Part shown: positions 61,549 through 64,000 of the stretch, one piece after another | Layout: each line of letters begins with the position of its first letter | Position numbering within the stretch: position 1 is the stretch's first letter | DNA from: Squalus acanthias | Taxonomy: Eukaryota | Reading direction: 5' to 3' | DNA length: 64,000 nucleotides | NCBI GenBank assembly: GCA_030390025.1 | Contig: CM059432.1 | Span: 17,610,001 to 17,674,000, forward strand | The notes under the pieces: generated by a model | What the model was told of the DNA's origin: nothing | What the model saw: the letters and a program-made list of their open reading frames with translations, nothing else | Databases searched by the model: none | Position numbers and translations under genes: made by a program

Positions 61549-61614
61549 CTTTACAGCAAATAATCAAGCTTTCAACTGGAAGTTTAAATATTTGCAGCAA
61601 TCTCCAACTGTAGG
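61549..61614 (-). CDS. Candidate internal exon, 66 bp, phase 1-1 (YSWRLLQIFKLPVESLIICCK)
   Basis: Acceptor GTTTCTAG (alternative CAG gives a start at 61607), donor AAG|GTAAAA, in frame with 56671-56823. Confidence 0.4.
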
Positions 61615-62218
61615 CTAGAAACTGCTGTTGAAAATGTTTGCAGATGAAAGCTTAACACATTTAAAATAAACAAGTTAATGCCTCAGTTGAAATAGCGGGC
61701 AAAGGACTGTCATATGAACACATTAAATGTTTGTTTGCTAATATCAGCCAGGGTCATTTCTAGCCTTATTTGGCTAGCGATTAGACCGATCTAAATGGTT
61801 TAAAATGGCTGGCTTCTTGGTTTAATAGGTCTGCTAACGTTTATACTATCTGTAATACGATCTGTAATACTTATCCCATAAATTTCTAGGATCCCAAGCT
61901 TCTGACCTCTATTAATCTGCCGTCAGACAGCAAAGATACCAACATGATATACTGGATAATTTCATACTCCACACAGATTATCTGGGTTATCTGTCACGCT
62001 GTGTGTCAAGGATATAAAACAGAACAACACCAGGTACTTAGGTTGCTGATGTCCTCACTTGCTCTAATGCAAAAAACTTCCACAAAATAGAGTCACATTC
62101 ATGAGATTTATGAATGCCCATGACCGATACAGACCATAGCAAGGATCTTATTGCCCTTGAGGGGGGGGGGGGCAGTGTTGAGTAAGAACAGGTCACAGGA
62201 ATCTAAGTTGTACAGGAA

Positions 62219-64000
62219 CAGTAGCGTAGTGGTACTGTCACTGGGCTAGTAACCCAGAGGCCTGGACTAATGATCCAGAAACGTGAGTTCAAATCCCACC
62301 ACGACAGCTGGGGAATTTAAATTCAGTTGATTAAACAAATTAAATAAATCTATCGGATTGTTGTAAAAACCCACCATGTCCTTTAGGGAAGGAAATCTGC
62401 CGTCCTTACCTGGTCTGGCCTATATGTGACTCCAGACCCACAGCAATGTGGTTGACTCTTAACTGCCCTCTGACATGGCCTAGCAAGCCACTCAGTTGTA
62501 ACAAACCTGCTACGAAATACAATAATAAGAATGAAACCAGGTGGACCACCCGGCATTGACCTCGGCACCGGCTACGGACACGGCAACGGCACATCCAGCC
62601 CAGTCGACCCTGAAAAGTCCGCCTCACCAACATCTGGGGACATTGTGCCAAAATTGGGAGAGTTGTCAAGCAGCAGCCTGACATAGTCATACTCACAGAA
62701 TCATACCTTTCAGCCAATGTCCCAAACTCCTCCATCACCATCCCTGGGTATGTCCTGCTCCCACCGGCAGGACAGACCCACCTGGGGTGGTGGCACAGTG
62801 GTATACAGTTGAGAAGGAGTGGCCCTGGTAGTCCTCAACATTGACTCCGGACCCATGAAGTCTCATGGCTGCAGGTCAAGCATGGGCAAGGAAACCACCT
62901 AGCGCCCTCCCTCAGCTGATGAATCAGTACTCCTCCATGTTTAACACCACTTGGAAGAAGCACTGAGAGTAGCAAGGGCCCAGAAGGTACTCTGGGTGGG
63001 GACTTCAATGTCCAAGAGTGGCTCAGTAGCACCACTACTGGCTGAGTCCTGAAGGACATAACTGCCAGTCTGGGCCTGCGACAGGTGGTGAGAGAACCAA
63101 CATGAGGGAAAAACCGACTTGACCTCGTCCTCACCAATCTACCTGTCGCAGATGCATCTGTCCATGACAGTATTGGTAGCAGTGACCACCGCACAGTCAT
63201 TGTGGAGATGAAGTCAAGTCTTCACACTGAGGACACCCTCCATCATGTTGTGTGGCACTACCACCGTGCTAAATGGGTTGGATTCAGAACAGATCTAGCA
63301 GCTCAAAACTAGGCATCCATGAGGCACTGTGGGGCAGCAGCAGAATTGCATTCCACCGCAATCTGTAACCTCACGGCCCGGCATATCCCTCACTCTACCA
63401 TTACCATCAAGCCAGGGGACTAAACCTGGTTCTACAGGAGCATGCCAGGAGCAGCACCAGGCATATCAAAAAATGAGGTGCCAACCTGGGGAAGCTGCAA
63501 CACAGGACTACATGCATGCTAAAAAGCAGAAGCAGCATGCTATAGACAGGGCTAAGCGATCCCACAATCAACGGATCAGATCAAAGCTCTGCAGTCCTAT
63601 CACATCCAGTCGTGAATGGTGGTGGACCATTAAACAACTAACTGGAGGAGGAGGCTCCATAAATATCCCCATTCTCAATGATGGTGGAGCCCAGCACGTG
63701 AGTGCAAAAGACAAGGCTGAAGCGTTTGCAACCATCTTCAGCCAGAAGTGCCGAGTTGATGATCCATATCGGCCTACTCCTGAGGTCCCCACCATCACAG
63801 AAGCCACTCTTCAGCCAATTCGATTCACTCCATGTGATATCAAGAAATGGCTGAGCGCATTGGATACAGCCAAGGCTATGGGCCCCGACAACATCCTGGC
63901 TATCGTGCTGAAGACTTGTGCTCCAGAACTAGCTGTGCCTCTAGCCAAGCTGTTCCAGTACAGCTACAACACTGGCATCTATCCGACAATGTGGAAAACT
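62219..64000 (+). mobile_element. CR1/L2-group LINE 5' part with tRNA-like head; decayed AP endonuclease and start of RT
   Basis: A box TAGCGTAGTGG, B box GAGTTCAAATCC, then PDIVILTESYL, GDFNV, LDLVLTN, SDHRTV, KAMGPDNI...LKTCAPELAVPLAKLFQ with stops and frameshifts. Confidence 0.85.

Overview
This is eukaryotic, repeat-dominated DNA. The HE1-like V-SINE, Deu-domain SINEs and HER1/CR1-type LINE tails point to a cartilaginous fish, probably a shark (inference). Most of the window is decayed or nested mobile DNA: many CR1 fragments, L2 and RTE remnants, two Penelope-like retroelement (PLE) families, two solo LTRs with 4-bp TSDs, one near-complete Harbinger transposon (transposase plus Myb/SANT gene), several Harbinger remnants and many palindromic MITEs. 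The only host-gene signal is a chain of frame-compatible minus-strand exons at about 53.2-61.6 kb encoding a protein I cannot identify. Main points of interest: (1) eight minimal type I hammerhead ribozyme motifs of two families, in tandem and perfectly inverted PLE insertions; (2) a ~760-bp MITE family with covarying internal hairpins and arrays of consensus splice donors; (3) a 1.28-kb solo LTR with foamy-virus-like TATA / +50 splice donor / poly(A) spacing; (4) a LINE whose 5' end is a tRNA-type SINE head; (5) a possible recursive splice site in the host gene. All calls were made by eye. Family names and boundaries need database confirmation.
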